Positions 49,810-59,451 of a DNA stretch of 64,000 bases are shown here, piece by piece. Location: NCBI GenBank assembly GCA_033763315.1, contig JANRKS010000008.1:96001-160000 (forward strand), in the 5' to 3' direction. The translations under genes were made by a program, and so were the position numbers. The notes below the pieces were generated by a model. It was not told the origin of the DNA, made no database searches, and worked only from the letters and a program-made list of their open reading frames with translations. Position 1 is the first letter of the stretch. Each line of letters begins with the position of its first letter. This stretch comes from Deltaproteobacteria bacterium (lineage in GTDB: Bacteria; Myxococcota_A; Polyangia; Fen-1088).

Positions 49810-52800
49810 CTAGCGTGTGTCAGCGGGCAAGCCGCGCTCCGGAACCACGGTAGCCGCCCTGTTGCGCACGCGGTCCAAAGCGGACCGCAAGCCCTTGATG
49901 CGCAGTGGATCAGCATCGGATTCGATCGATCGATTCTGCAGCGCCGCCGCCGCGGCCTGCCAGCTGCCACTTCTCCACGCCACTTGCAGGCGCTCTTCGG
50001 AGGAGACAACGGCCCCTTCACGTTCGGCCGCCAGCAGCGTGTCCCAGGCCCAATCCCAAAGGTGGCGGCGCGCATACCAACGTGACAACGCCATCAGGCG
50101 CGTGGCTTCTGCCACACCTGCTTGCCGTTGCATCGGAGGGTGAGCCCAGGCCTCCTTGCTTTCCAGCAAGTCTGCTGTGTGCAAGAAGTTCTTCGCCGCC
50201 ACAACCACAATGTCGGTGGCTGATGGCGAGAAAGAGACGTGCGGCTCAAGGCTGTCCGCCGTGGCGATCTGAAAAGCGTGCAAGGATTGCCCACGCCTGC
50301 CGTCCCACAGACGCACGGAACCGTCGCCGCTTGCACTCATGACGCGCCCGTTGCGACCGCTCGTCACGGTCACGACCTCTCCAGTGTGGCCCTCCATCCG
50401 TTGTAACTCTATGCCTTTGAATGTGTCGACCACGGAAACAACACGATCACTTCCGCCCACGGCTACGGTTCGGCCATCGTCCGCAAACGACGTGGACCCC
50501 AGGATGCGATCGACTCCTTGCAACCGGGCTTTCCACAGCAGGCGCCTCTGTTGCAATTGCCACATTGCCACTTGCCCATGATCGCCCGATAAAACAAGGC
50601 GTTGACCGTCCCGTGACACGTCCGCGGACCACACGCTGTTGACGCCCGCTTGACCCAACGTCCAAATCGCCTCGCCGGTGTTCGCATCTAGGAGGCGCAA
50701 CGTACCGCTGAGATCGCCCACAACGATGAACCTTTCGTCGGGTGTGTGCGCCGTCGCGCGCGCCCACCCTTGCGTCACGCGAACAGCAAACAATCGTTTG
50801 CCTTGTGGCAAATCCCACACGGAAACCACGCCTGCACCGTTGATCGTTCGCGCACGCATTTGTCCCATGGGTAAGGTCAAAGCGTCAGGCGACTCGTCGG
50901 TCGTTGTTCGATAAAGCTCAGCACCGGTGCTGCGATCCCACCAGGCAAGGTCAGCCCCTGGCCCCTGGGTGAGTATCTGGCGGGCGTCCTGTGAAAAATG
51001 TGCCGCAAAGGTCCCCTCCGTCACATGCCCCCAAAACCACAAGCTGGCCTCGTCGCCCACCCGAAACAGATAAAGCTCACCTTTTGTATCGCCCGCGATC
51101 AGCAATCTGCCGCTGAGGTCCAACGCTGTGGCCGTCAACAGGCCATGTTCAACGGCAAGGGTGCGATCGGCCTTCCCACTGCCCTTCCATTGTCTCACGC
51201 TGCCATCAAAGCTCGCCGTGAGGTAAAGCCCTGAGCCAGGGTCAACGTGAACGCGAGGCACGGCGTGGGTGTGGCCAAGAAACGTGTTCAAAATCGCGAG
51301 CTGTGGATAGCTCAGCTCCGCAAACGAGCCGCTATAGCCAGATGTCACAAGCCGAGGCGGCTGGCCGACGAACTCGGTGGACAGGCTGAATGTGTTCTGG
51401 AAATTACGCATCCGGCTGATTTCTTTGCCGTCGAGAGACGACCAAACGCGCACCGTTTCGTCGGCCCCGCCCCCGATGATGAATTGCCCATCAGGGCTGA
51501 TCGTGAGGGCGCGCAACGTTCCCCGCAACTCAACCGTATGCCAAAGCTCTTTCCGCGAAGCGTAGTCGTAAAGGCGCAGCGTTCCTTTTTCATCACCCAG
51601 AGCCAATCGCTTTCCATCCGGCGAAAACGCGGCTCCTCGCAGCGGTTCAGGGACCACAAGCAGGACCTCAGCAGGGCCAAAGGCCTTGCCATCAAAACGC
51701 CATCGCTCAAGCACGCCCGCGGCGTTGCCACTGACCAATTCGGTGCGTGCGGGGTTTGCCTGCACAAAGTATCGCTTTGGCCCCACGGCAGCGAGCACCT
51801 GCAACGGCGCACCCGTGCGCAGGTCAAACGCGATGAGCTCTCCGTTATCAGAACAAGACACGAATAGATCTTGGCCGGGCAACACCTCTATCCCACGCAC
51901 ACGTTGGTTGTGGCCCTTGGTCCGCCACACGGGGGGCCCTGCGCTGCGGCCAGCATCCAAAGCGCCCAAAACCGCAGACGTGTCGTCGGCGTGTTGACGC
52001 GCGAAGATCTCGCTGGCCTCCGCATAGCGGTCGCGCGCGTCGCTCCAACGTTCGCTCGCAACCCAGGCGTCACCTTCCGCCACCAGCGCTTGCGCCAGCC
52101 TTAGTTCAGTCAAGTTGCGTGCGCGGGTCACGTTCAAAGCATAAAACACTGAACCCACGGACAACGAAAGCACCAGACACATCGACAGCAAGCTCACCCA
52201 AGCCAACGTTCGGTGGCGCCGCGTCCACTTAAGGACGCGTGTCAGCGGACCAATCGGCCCAGCTGAGATTGGTTGGCCGGCCAAGTGCCGACGCAAGTCA
52301 TCGGCCAAGGCGCGCGCGGAGCTATAGCGATGCCGCGGCTCCTTTCCCATGGCTTTGCCGACGATGTGTTCGACTTCACTTTGCACACCACTTGTGATCT
52401 GCCGCAGCGGCGGCGGATCGAAACGCATTAAGCGATAAATGATCTCAAAAGGTGTATCGCCGGAAAATGGCGGTCGCCCCGCAAGCATGTGGTAAAGCGT
52501 CGCGCCCAGGCTGTACACATCGGACCGCTCATCACATCGCCCCGCCTTGGCTTGTTCAGGCGGCATATATTCAAGCGTGCCCAAGATAGAACCCGCCGTG
52601 GTAAGCGTGGATCCACCCTCCGTGGCACGTGCCACGCCGAAGTCCAACACCCATGGGTGCCCATCGTTGTCCAGCATCAAGTTTGAAGGCTTTATGTCAC
52701 GGTGGATCACGCCGTGCTCGTGCGCATACTGCACGGCCTCCGCAACGTCGGCCATCACCTCCAAGCAGCGCCGCGGCGGCAGCCGCACGTCTGCCAGGGT

Positions 52801-53130
52801 TTGACCTTCCACAAGGCGCATCGTCATAAACGGTCGGCTGCGCACCGAGCTAAACTCATAAAGCGGAATGATGTTCGGATGCGACAGCCGCGCCACCATC
52901 TTGGCTTCGCGGCTAAAGCGCTCGATGCGATCCGAATGGCTGTCCACGAGGAACTTCAGCGCGACGAATCGACCTACGCGCAGATCCCACGCGCGATGAA
53001 CTTCACCTCCGCCGCCGTGACCGAGTAAGCCCACGACGACGTATGAGCCAAACACGTTGTCGGGGCTTCTTGCGGCTTGCCGAACTTCGGCAGGCACTTT
53101 GGACTCGTTAGTCCGCGGATCAACCGACAT
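49810..53130 (-). CDS. Hanks-type Ser/Thr protein kinase with TM segment and WD40 repeats
   Basis: Kinase motifs LGHGGGGEV, VALK, HRDIKPSN, DFG and GTLEYMPPEQ, followed by a TM and GH...WD repeats. Confidence 0.9.
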   Translation of the reverse strand: MSVDPRTNESKVPAEVRQAARSPDNVFGSYVVVGLLGHGGGGEVHRAWDLRVGRFVALKFLVDSHSDRIERFSREAKMVARLSHPNIIPLYEFSSVRSRPFMTMRLVEGQTLADVRLPPRRCLEVMADVAEAVQYAHEHGVIHRDIKPSNLMLDNDGHPWVLDFGVARATEGGSTLTTAGSILGTLEYMPPEQAKAGRCDERSDVYSLGATLYHMLAGRPPFSGDTPFEIIYRLMRFDPPPLRQITSGVQSEVEHIVGKAMGKEPRHRYSSARALADDLRRHLAGQPISAGPIGPLTRVLKWTRRHRTLAWVSLLSMCLVLSLSVGSVFYALNVTRARNLTELRLAQALVAEGDAWVASERWSDARDRYAEASEIFARQHADDTSAVLGALDAGRSAGPPVWRTKGHNQRVRGIEVLPGQDLFVSCSDNGELIAFDLRTGAPLQVLAAVGPKRYFVQANPARTELVSGNAAGVLERWRFDGKAFGPAEVLLVVPEPLRGAAFSPDGKRLALGDEKGTLRLYDYASRKELWHTVELRGTLRALTISPDGQFIIGGGADETVRVWSSLDGKEISRMRNFQNTFSLSTEFVGQPPRLVTSGYSGSFAELSYPQLAILNTFLGHTHAVPRVHVDPGSGLYLTASFDGSVRQWKGSGKADRTLAVEHGLLTATALDLSGRLLIAGDTKGELYLFRVGDEASLWFWGHVTEGTFAAHFSQDARQILTQGPGADLAWWDRSTGAELYRTTTDESPDALTLPMGQMRARTINGAGVVSVWDLPQGKRLFAVRVTQGWARATAHTPDERFIVVGDLSGTLRLLDANTGEAIWTLGQAGVNSVWSADVSRDGQRLVLSGDHGQVAMWQLQQRRLLWKARLQGVDRILGSTSFADDGRTVAVGGSDRVVSVVDTFKGIELQRMEGHTGEVVTVTSGRNGRVMSASGDGSVRLWDGRRGQSLHAFQIATADSLEPHVSFSPSATDIVVVAAKNFLHTADLLESKEAWAHPPMQRQAGVAEATRLMALSRWYARRHLWDWAWDTLLAAEREGAVVSSEERLQVAWRSGSWQAAAAALQNRSIESDADPLRIKGLRSALDRVRNRAATVVPERGLPADTR

Positions 53131-53223
53131 AAAGCTGGAAAGGTGTGGCTTACATCGGCGCCTCACAAAGGCGGCTTTAGGCTTGCACGTGCGCGCAGGT
53201 GCCCGAGGCCCCCACACAGATCG

Positions 53224-53940
53224 TCAGCGCCACTTCTCCAAATACACCGCTGCCTCTTGTTTCCACGCCTGGCTGGCAAAATTCCCAACGCTTGCGTGGG
53301 TTAATGCCAGAGGCCAGGTGCCGACCTTCAAGCCTGCGTTGCGCGCCGTCCGGCAAAAGTCGAGGTCATAACAGTGAAAGCTAAAACGGGTGTCGAACGT
53401 CACCTTGGCTTGGCGCAAGCGTTTGACGTTTACGCCCAGAAACACGCCATCCAGAAGCTCACACGCCGCCGGGGTAGACCCATAGAAACTGACCGGCGGC
53501 GCCGTCGGATCGCCGTGCCCTACGGCGCCAGACATAGTGCTGCGGTCCTGCCAGCCCGCAGGCGAAAGATCGGCATTGAACTTCAACGCCCATGAAGGCT
53601 GTGCCATATCGGGGGCGGTGTTGCCCGCCACGCCCACCACATCGAAACGCGCGAACGCTTCAGTTAACCGCTCAAGCAAGAACCAATCATGAACAAACAC
53701 GTCGTCGTGTACGAACAGCAAAAAGTCGTCATCAGCGGCGTGAGCTAGAAAATCATTGTAGGCGGCGGCCAGGCCGGTGACCGCGTGCGGGGGACCGTTG
53801 TCCACAAGCAAAGCAATGCGTGGCAAACGCTCGCGGGGCACGCTACGCAGGCTTTTACCCAAGAGCGAGGACTCCACAAAATCCGACCGCGACAGCCGCG
53901 ACACGGAACACAGTGTTGTGTTGGCAGGCGTGAGCTTCAT
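53224..53940 (-). CDS. Glycosyltransferase family 2-like protein
   Basis: Motifs LAAAYN, LLFVHDDV, VVGVAG, LLDGVFL and FDTRFSFHCYDLDFC. The ATG overlaps the upstream stop. Confidence 0.78.
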   Translation of the reverse strand: MKLTPANTTLCSVSRLSRSDFVESSLLGKSLRSVPRERLPRIALLVDNGPPHAVTGLAAAYNDFLAHAADDDFLLFVHDDVFVHDWFLLERLTEAFARFDVVGVAGNTAPDMAQPSWALKFNADLSPAGWQDRSTMSGAVGHGDPTAPPVSFYGSTPAACELLDGVFLGVNVKRLRQAKVTFDTRFSFHCYDLDFCRTARNAGLKVGTWPLALTHASVGNFASQAWKQEAAVYLEKWR

Positions 53941-55055
53941 GTGTGAGCCTTGTGTTTCACCGCCGCACATACCGCGGTGAACAACTTGGTGTAAAGCGGC
54001 AAGCCCACATGCCAACTGCGGTTCGCGTTCACATAACGCTTTTGCTCTGCCAACGCTTGTTCGCGTCTTTGCTCATCGTGAACCAACATCTGCAGTTGCG
54101 CTAGCCACCCCGCCTGCGTGTTGTCTGCTAACAGATCGCATTCGCCTTGATAAGCGGCCACGCGGCTGGCCACCGTCACGGTGTTGGAAACCACGTACTG
54201 ATAAAACTTCACGGCAGAGCGGCATCGGTTAAAACGTGTGTCCTGCAAAGGGCACACACCAATATCAAAGTTCAAAGCCGCCAATCGCGCTGGAAAAGCG
54301 TCATAGGGAACGCTTGGCACATGTTGGTACGTCACGCCTTCCAACGCGTCTGCCATGCGGCCAAAAGCGGCCACAGCCGGGTTCTGTGCACGTGCTTTTG
54401 AAGTCACTTGTCTGGCCTTTTGCACGGTGCCATCGAAGTTCTGATCAAACATCCCAAAGATCACAAACTCAACGTCTGTTTGTCTCTGCAAAGCGGCCAC
54501 TGCAGGCAGCAGCAGCGTGAGGTCGTCCGCATGTGTGGGGCCGCCACACCAGCCAACGCGCACACGGGCGTTGTTGCCAGCGCGCTGGGGCCAAGCGTCG
54601 GTATCAATCATGTTTGGCACCACCATGATGTTGCGCGCATAGCTGCCAAGCTCCTGTTTCAACGTGGGCGTTGTCACCGTCACGACGTGCGCAGAGCCAC
54701 ACAACCGCTTCATCAGGTCAAGGTGGGGCGCCAAATCCGCATCGAACGACACGCCATCCGCCGGAAAGAAATACGGATCGTCGGTGTCGCAAATCAAAGC
54801 CACACCTGCGCCCAACGCCGCCGCCAGCAGCGGCGCCATCCAGGGCGCCGATTGGCTGTTGAAATCAACCAAGTGCAAGAACACGGCGTCCACACCCGCC
54901 AAAGCCGCGGCCGGATCAGCCATCCCCCGCAATGCCTCAAGCGGCGCGCAGCTGACCACGTGAGCCTCGGCCAAGCGGCGCAACGGATCCCTGATCCGAA
55001 TCACCTTTGACGGGTTGTCGGCCAGTTGCTCCGAATAAAGCACGTTCAATGGCAC
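53937..55055 (-). CDS. GT-B (family 4-like) glycosyltransferase
   Basis: Motifs CDTDD, VTVTTPTL, VVPNMID, RVGWCGG..H..DL and FDIGVCPL.DTRFNRCRSAVKFYQY. The start is uncertain (GTG 55055 or ATG 55130). Confidence 0.78.
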   Translation of the reverse strand: MPLNVLYSEQLADNPSKVIRIRDPLRRLAEAHVVSCAPLEALRGMADPAAALAGVDAVFLHLVDFNSQSAPWMAPLLAAALGAGVALICDTDDPYFFPADGVSFDADLAPHLDLMKRLCGSAHVVTVTTPTLKQELGSYARNIMVVPNMIDTDAWPQRAGNNARVRVGWCGGPTHADDLTLLLPAVAALQRQTDVEFVIFGMFDQNFDGTVQKARQVTSKARAQNPAVAAFGRMADALEGVTYQHVPSVPYDAFPARLAALNFDIGVCPLQDTRFNRCRSAVKFYQYVVSNTVTVASRVAAYQGECDLLADNTQAGWLAQLQMLVHDEQRREQALAEQKRYVNANRSWHVGLPLYTKLFTAVCAAVKHKAHT

Positions 55056-55161
55056 GGGGTGCGTACACGTTAAATCAACGTGCGCCTCAAAGCCACTTGC
55101 GCCCCACCCGCAAAAATGCCGAACGGCCATCGTTCGCCGTCCATGGCACAATGGCCGGCGG

Positions 55162-58146
55162 ATGCTCCGATCGCTTGCAATCGCAGTGGCTCTGCTGGCC
55201 ACTTGGCCGGCCCGTGCCGCGGCACCCATCACGTTTGTGCCCCATCGCCCCAGTGGCGCCGTGTTCACAAGCGCGCAGACGCCCGACGGCTACATGTGGT
55301 TTGGCACATTGAATGGCCTTTATCGCTTCGATGGCGTTCGTTACGATCGCTTCGCCCCCGAGAACACGCCCGCGTTCTCACACGCCCGCATCTACCATCT
55401 GGCGGTGACCACCGACGGACGGCTGTGGGTGGCCAGCGGCAACCCGGGCGCACAAAAAGGGCCGTGGGAACGCGGCGGCCCTGGCTTATGGGTGAAAGAC
55501 AAGGCGGGCTTCATCGCCATGCACCAAGCCTTGCCAAGCCCGTGGGTGATGTCGTTGGCCGCCGACGATCACAACCGTCTGTGGGTCGGTACCCAAGAGG
55601 GGCTGGTGGTCGTTGAGGGCAACAAGGTTACGCAGCTTGGGTTTCCCGAACACACCGATCACAACGTTTTTCATGTGCGCCCCGACGGCGAAGGCCGCGT
55701 TTGGATCGGCGCGCAACCTGGTCTCTTTCGCTTTGAAGACGGGCGCTTCACGCAAACGGACGCCGGGCTTTACCCTATCTCCTCGTCCACTGCACCGGAT
55801 GGCACGCTGTGGATGACGAACCTCCACGCGGTTTACCGCCTTTTGCCCGGGCATGATCAGTGGGAACTTTGGCTCAAGGGCGTTGACGTAGGCTTGTCGC
55901 AGATTCGCGCCGTCGCCCAAGATCTGCGTGGCCACGTCTGGGTGGCCGGCTCGGGCCTCGCACGCGTCGATCCCGTCACCAAAAAGACGTCCCCTTTCCA
56001 AGCGATGGATGTCACTTCCGATCCCAATCGCTTCATGATCCATTCGCTGCTGTTTGATCGCGAGGGCAGCTTGTGGGCGGGCTCGCGCGAAGGTGGTGTG
56101 TTTCAAGGCACGCCCGCGCGGGTCGCCAATTACGGCAGCCGCGAAGGTATGCCAGGCGACGTTGGTTTTTCATGCTTGGCCGGCGACGACGCTCACGTCT
56201 ATTTGGCTTACGGAGGCGGTGTCACGCGGGTCATCGACGACACATTCGAGCCGCTGACCGATCTGCCCAACGCTCCGAGGGCGCCGGTTCGTTCAATGGC
56301 ACAGGCGCCTGATCACAGCGTGTGGATGGTGGGTGAGGAAGGTTTCGTGCATCGCCTGGCTCACAAGGCGTTTGCGAAACTGAGCTTGGCCAGCTCAGAC
56401 GCGAAGACGGGCCCCGCCAGCAGCTTGATATTCGATGAACACGGAGATCTTTGGATTGCCTTCGATGGTGGCGTCGTGGGTCGCTACGTTGTACCCGAGG
56501 CGTCAGCTCCCACCGAACCTCTCACACCTGTGCAATCCTTCACGAGCAAGGATGGTCTGTGCCAAGGGCGCCATCTGGTGGCCGCACGTCGACGCGCCGG
56601 GGGCGTTTGGTTTGGCTCGTACGACGAAGGCATCTCACAAGTGTCCGCGGAAGGCGCGACTTGCATCAAAGGCGGTGGCATACCGATTGGCACGATCATG
56701 GGGCTGCATGAAGAGCCTGATGGATCGTTGTACTTCGGCGTCAACGGCATACCCGGCCTGTTTCGGCGGCGGCCGAGCAAGCTATCGCATTACGCGCAAG
56801 GCATCTCGGCCACCGCGTTCGGCATCACCAGCGATCTGCGTGGCCATCTGTGGATGGGATCGTCGGCGGGGGCGCTCAAAGTGACGGTTGCGGATCTGGA
56901 TGCGAACGATGCCTCACCTGATCCCGCGCACGCGCCCTTGCCTTGGCTTGCGTTCTCACACGCGGATGGTTTGCGCGGCGACGAAAGCATGGGGGGCACA
57001 TCGCCGGCCGCGGCCCTCGGCCACGACGGCCGGTTTTGGTTTCCCACGTTGCGCGGCTTTTCAGCCATCGCCGATCCCGAAACATTGACACCCGTACCAC
57101 TCGTGCCGCCCACGGTGCAAAACGTCCGCGCCAACGACGACGAACTTTTGGGCGCGGGCCCGCACGTCTTGCCTGCAGGCACCAAAAGCTTTGCCATTTC
57201 CTACACCAGCGCCACCTTCACGCTGCCAAGCCAGCTTTCCTTTGAGTATCAACTGCAAGGCTTTGATTCCAGTTGGGTGCAGGCACAAAATCGACGCGCG
57301 GCCTTCTACACGAACGTGCCGCCGGGCCGATACCAGTTCATGCTGCGCGTGCGCCGCGGCGGCGGCCGGCCTGTATCGATGCTGCAACCCATGGTGATCA
57401 GGGTTTCACCGTTCTTTTATCAAACTTGGGCGTTTTACCTTGTGGTCGCAGCCCTCGTGCTTGCCGCTGCGTTCGCCGCCCACAAACTGCGTTTGGCACA
57501 GCTGGAAAGCCGCCATTTTGCCATCCACGTCGAACGCGCGCGCTTGGCCCGCGAGCTGCACGATCATCTGGGCCAAGGTTTTACGGCAATCGGTTTTGCT
57601 TTGGACGCTTTGCGCGCGCGGCTCAAAGGCAACGACAGCGCCCATGTGGCGGAGCAGGCGCGTGGCATCCTTGAACACTGTCAGATCGAAACGCGGAGAT
57701 TGGTGTGGGATCTGCGTTCAGAGGCCGAGCGGCATCCCGATCTGCAGGCGGCGTTGCGGCAAATGGTGGAACGGTCGCGGGTGGAAGGCGGGCCGCAGAT
57801 CGAGTTTGTTTGCGAGGGGCAAAGCCAGGTCTCAGGGATGGCACAACACGAGCTGCCACTCATCGCCCAAGAAGCGGTCACCAACGCCCTTCGCCACGCT
57901 CAGGCCGAACGCATCACTGTGAGCTTGCAGTGCAGCGACGCCACCACCACGATCACCGTCACTGACGACGGCAAGGGCTTCCCCGCCAAGCCCGGCGGCG
58001 GCTCGCCCGCCCTTGACGGCCACTTTGGCCTCGTGGGCATGGAAGAGCGCGCGCGACGCTTGCAGGCGGATCTGCAGATTCACAGCGGCCCGGGCGTCGG
58101 CACGGAGATTTCGATCACGGTGTCGAACAACCACGTGAAACCGTAG
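55162..58146 (+). CDS. Sensor histidine kinase with periplasmic beta-propeller (Reg_prop), Y_Y_Y and HisKA_3 domains
   Basis: Repeats such as QTPDGYMWFGTLNGLYRFDG, Y_Y_Y (YTNVPPGRYQF), a TM, ERARLARELHD, DDGKGF and GHFGLVGMEERA. Confidence 0.92.
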   Translation: MLRSLAIAVALLATWPARAAAPITFVPHRPSGAVFTSAQTPDGYMWFGTLNGLYRFDGVRYDRFAPENTPAFSHARIYHLAVTTDGRLWVASGNPGAQKGPWERGGPGLWVKDKAGFIAMHQALPSPWVMSLAADDHNRLWVGTQEGLVVVEGNKVTQLGFPEHTDHNVFHVRPDGEGRVWIGAQPGLFRFEDGRFTQTDAGLYPISSSTAPDGTLWMTNLHAVYRLLPGHDQWELWLKGVDVGLSQIRAVAQDLRGHVWVAGSGLARVDPVTKKTSPFQAMDVTSDPNRFMIHSLLFDREGSLWAGSREGGVFQGTPARVANYGSREGMPGDVGFSCLAGDDAHVYLAYGGGVTRVIDDTFEPLTDLPNAPRAPVRSMAQAPDHSVWMVGEEGFVHRLAHKAFAKLSLASSDAKTGPASSLIFDEHGDLWIAFDGGVVGRYVVPEASAPTEPLTPVQSFTSKDGLCQGRHLVAARRRAGGVWFGSYDEGISQVSAEGATCIKGGGIPIGTIMGLHEEPDGSLYFGVNGIPGLFRRRPSKLSHYAQGISATAFGITSDLRGHLWMGSSAGALKVTVADLDANDASPDPAHAPLPWLAFSHADGLRGDESMGGTSPAAALGHDGRFWFPTLRGFSAIADPETLTPVPLVPPTVQNVRANDDELLGAGPHVLPAGTKSFAISYTSATFTLPSQLSFEYQLQGFDSSWVQAQNRRAAFYTNVPPGRYQFMLRVRRGGGRPVSMLQPMVIRVSPFFYQTWAFYLVVAALVLAAAFAAHKLRLAQLESRHFAIHVERARLARELHDHLGQGFTAIGFALDALRARLKGNDSAHVAEQARGILEHCQIETRRLVWDLRSEAERHPDLQAALRQMVERSRVEGGPQIEFVCEGQSQVSGMAQHELPLIAQEAVTNALRHAQAERITVSLQCSDATTTITVTDDGKGFPAKPGGGSPALDGHFGLVGMEERARRLQADLQIHSGPGVGTEISITVSNNHVKP

Positions 58147-58179
58147 ACATTCGCGTGCCGCTCGCTGAAACTAAACACT

Positions 58180-58815
58180 GTGACCGATCCCACGAACCAC
58201 ATCCGCATCCTTTTGGCGGAAGACAACTTGCTCACACGGTTGGGCACCACCACTTTGTTGGAAACGGAAAGCGATCTGAAAATCGTTGCGACGGCGGCCG
58301 ACGGCGAAGAAGCCGTGGCGCTCTACAACCAGCACCTTCCGGACGTCGCCATCGTGGATCTGAAGATGCCGAAGCTTGATGGGGTGGCCGCCATTGAAGC
58401 CATTCGAAAGCAGCACGCGGAGGCGAAGATCCTAATCCTTACGCACTACCAGGGCGAAGAAGATATCTTCTTGGCGCTTAAAGCCGGTGCGATGGGATAT
58501 GTGTCCAAAGAGATCCGCGGTGAGGCCTTGATCGAGGCCATCCGCACGGTGGCGCGGGGCAGACGCTACTTGCCCCCCGACCTGGCCGAGCGCCTTCGCG
58601 ATCGCGAGCAACGCCCGCCGCTGTCCCCGCGCGAGCGTGAAGTTCTGCGGCTCATATCCAAGGGCCTGACCAACCAACAGATTTCGGAAACGCTGGGTAT
58701 CTCACCTAAGACCACAGCCATCTACGTGGGCAGCCTGCTCCAAAAGCTGGACGCGCAGAGCCGCACAGAAGCCGTGGCCATCGCCATGGAGCGGGGCATT
58801 TTGTCGGCCCTGTGA
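58180..58815 (+). CDS. NarL/LuxR-family response regulator
   Basis: Motifs IRILLAEDN, VDLKMP, AGAMGY and LSPREREVLRLISKGLTNQQI. Confidence 0.95.
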   Translation: MTDPTNHIRILLAEDNLLTRLGTTTLLETESDLKIVATAADGEEAVALYNQHLPDVAIVDLKMPKLDGVAAIEAIRKQHAEAKILILTHYQGEEDIFLALKAGAMGYVSKEIRGEALIEAIRTVARGRRYLPPDLAERLRDREQRPPLSPREREVLRLISKGLTNQQISETLGISPKTTAIYVGSLLQKLDAQSRTEAVAIAMERGILSAL

Positions 58816-58969
58816 CAAACCTCCCCCTTTTTCGCGCTTCTTTGTCTCCATTCACAGCCGACGCCCGTTTCGGGTTATGCTGCTCGCGCTCGCGGCCTAA
58901 TTTGAGCCCCGATGCCTGGAATAGAACCGGTGTGACGCCTGTCTCATCTAGACAAAAAGCGGTTCACTC

Positions 58970-59005
58970 AAAAAAAAATGAAACCGTCGCCCCGCGGCGA
59001 ACGTA
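58970..59005 (+). promoter_or_regulatory. Putative ECF-sigma promoter with upstream A-tract
   Basis: A9 tract at 58970-58978, then TGAAAC (58979-58984), a 17-nt spacer and CGTA (59002-59005). It lies 43 nt upstream of the precursor ATG. Confidence 0.6.
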
Positions 59006-59048
59006 CTTGTGAACGTCCACTAGACCCACCAACAGGAGACTGAGTTAC

Positions 59049-59375
59049 ATGAGCACGAAGGCAACGTTGATCGCAGCTATGGCCGCTGGTTTTTTGACCG
59101 CCGGCCTTCCTTTGGCCGCCCACGCCAGCCACATGGATGGCAAGTCTGTGGCCGCCGAAAAGGGCAGCTGCAAGGGCAAAGACGGCTGTAAGGGCAAAGA
59201 CGGCTGTAAGGGCAAGGACGGCAAGAAATTTGCCGCCGAAAAGGGCAGCTGTAAAGGCAAAGACGGCTGCAAAGGCAAGGACGGCTGCAAGGGCAAGGAC
59301 GGCAAGAAAGTCGCCGCCGAAAAAGGCAGCTGCAAAGGCAAAGACGGCTGCAAAGGCAAAGACGGCAAGAAGTAG
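59049..59375 (+). CDS. Secreted Cys/Lys-rich RiPP precursor (bufferin/oxazolin-class, MNIO substrate) with 8 CKGKDG repeats
   Basis: AGGAG RBS at 59034 and a Sec signal ending AHA. Repeats vary only at synonymous positions in this frame. It lies directly upstream of the DUF692 and DUF2063 genes. Confidence 0.88.
   Translation: MSTKATLIAAMAAGFLTAGLPLAAHASHMDGKSVAAEKGSCKGKDGCKGKDGCKGKDGKKFAAEKGSCKGKDGCKGKDGCKGKDGKKVAAEKGSCKGKDGCKGKDGKK
59151..59372 (+). repeat. Nested coding tandem repeat: 18-bp units within 81-bp units
   Basis: 81-bp units start at 59151, 59232 and 59313, and the third lacks one 18-bp unit. Unit consensus TGYAARGGCAARGACGGC. Confidence 0.95.
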
Positions 59376-59393
59376 TTCTTCCGCGCACTCTTC

Positions 59394-59430
59394 AAAAAGC
59401 AGCTCTCCTGCAAACGGGGGCTGCTTTTTT
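59394..59430 (+). terminator. Intrinsic terminator-like hairpin between precursor and MNIO gene
   Basis: AAAAAGCAGCTCTC-ctgcaaac-GGGGGCTGCTTTTTT forms a stem with two G-U pairs followed by a U6 tract. Confidence 0.75.
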
Positions 59431-59451
59431 CCTTTCTGGGGAATGATGACG

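Noticed and set aside
59151-59372. Possible CRISPR array
   Set aside because: The repeats are contiguous with no unique spacers, have periods in multiples of 3 and are coding. No cas genes are present.
59137-59451. Long N-terminal extension of the MNIO ORF (ARAKTA repeats), suggesting a precursor-enzyme frameshift fusion
   Set aside because: It is the +1 shadow frame of the precursor repeat. Variation is synonymous only in the precursor frame, a terminator-like hairpin intervenes, and DUF692 homology starts after 59443.
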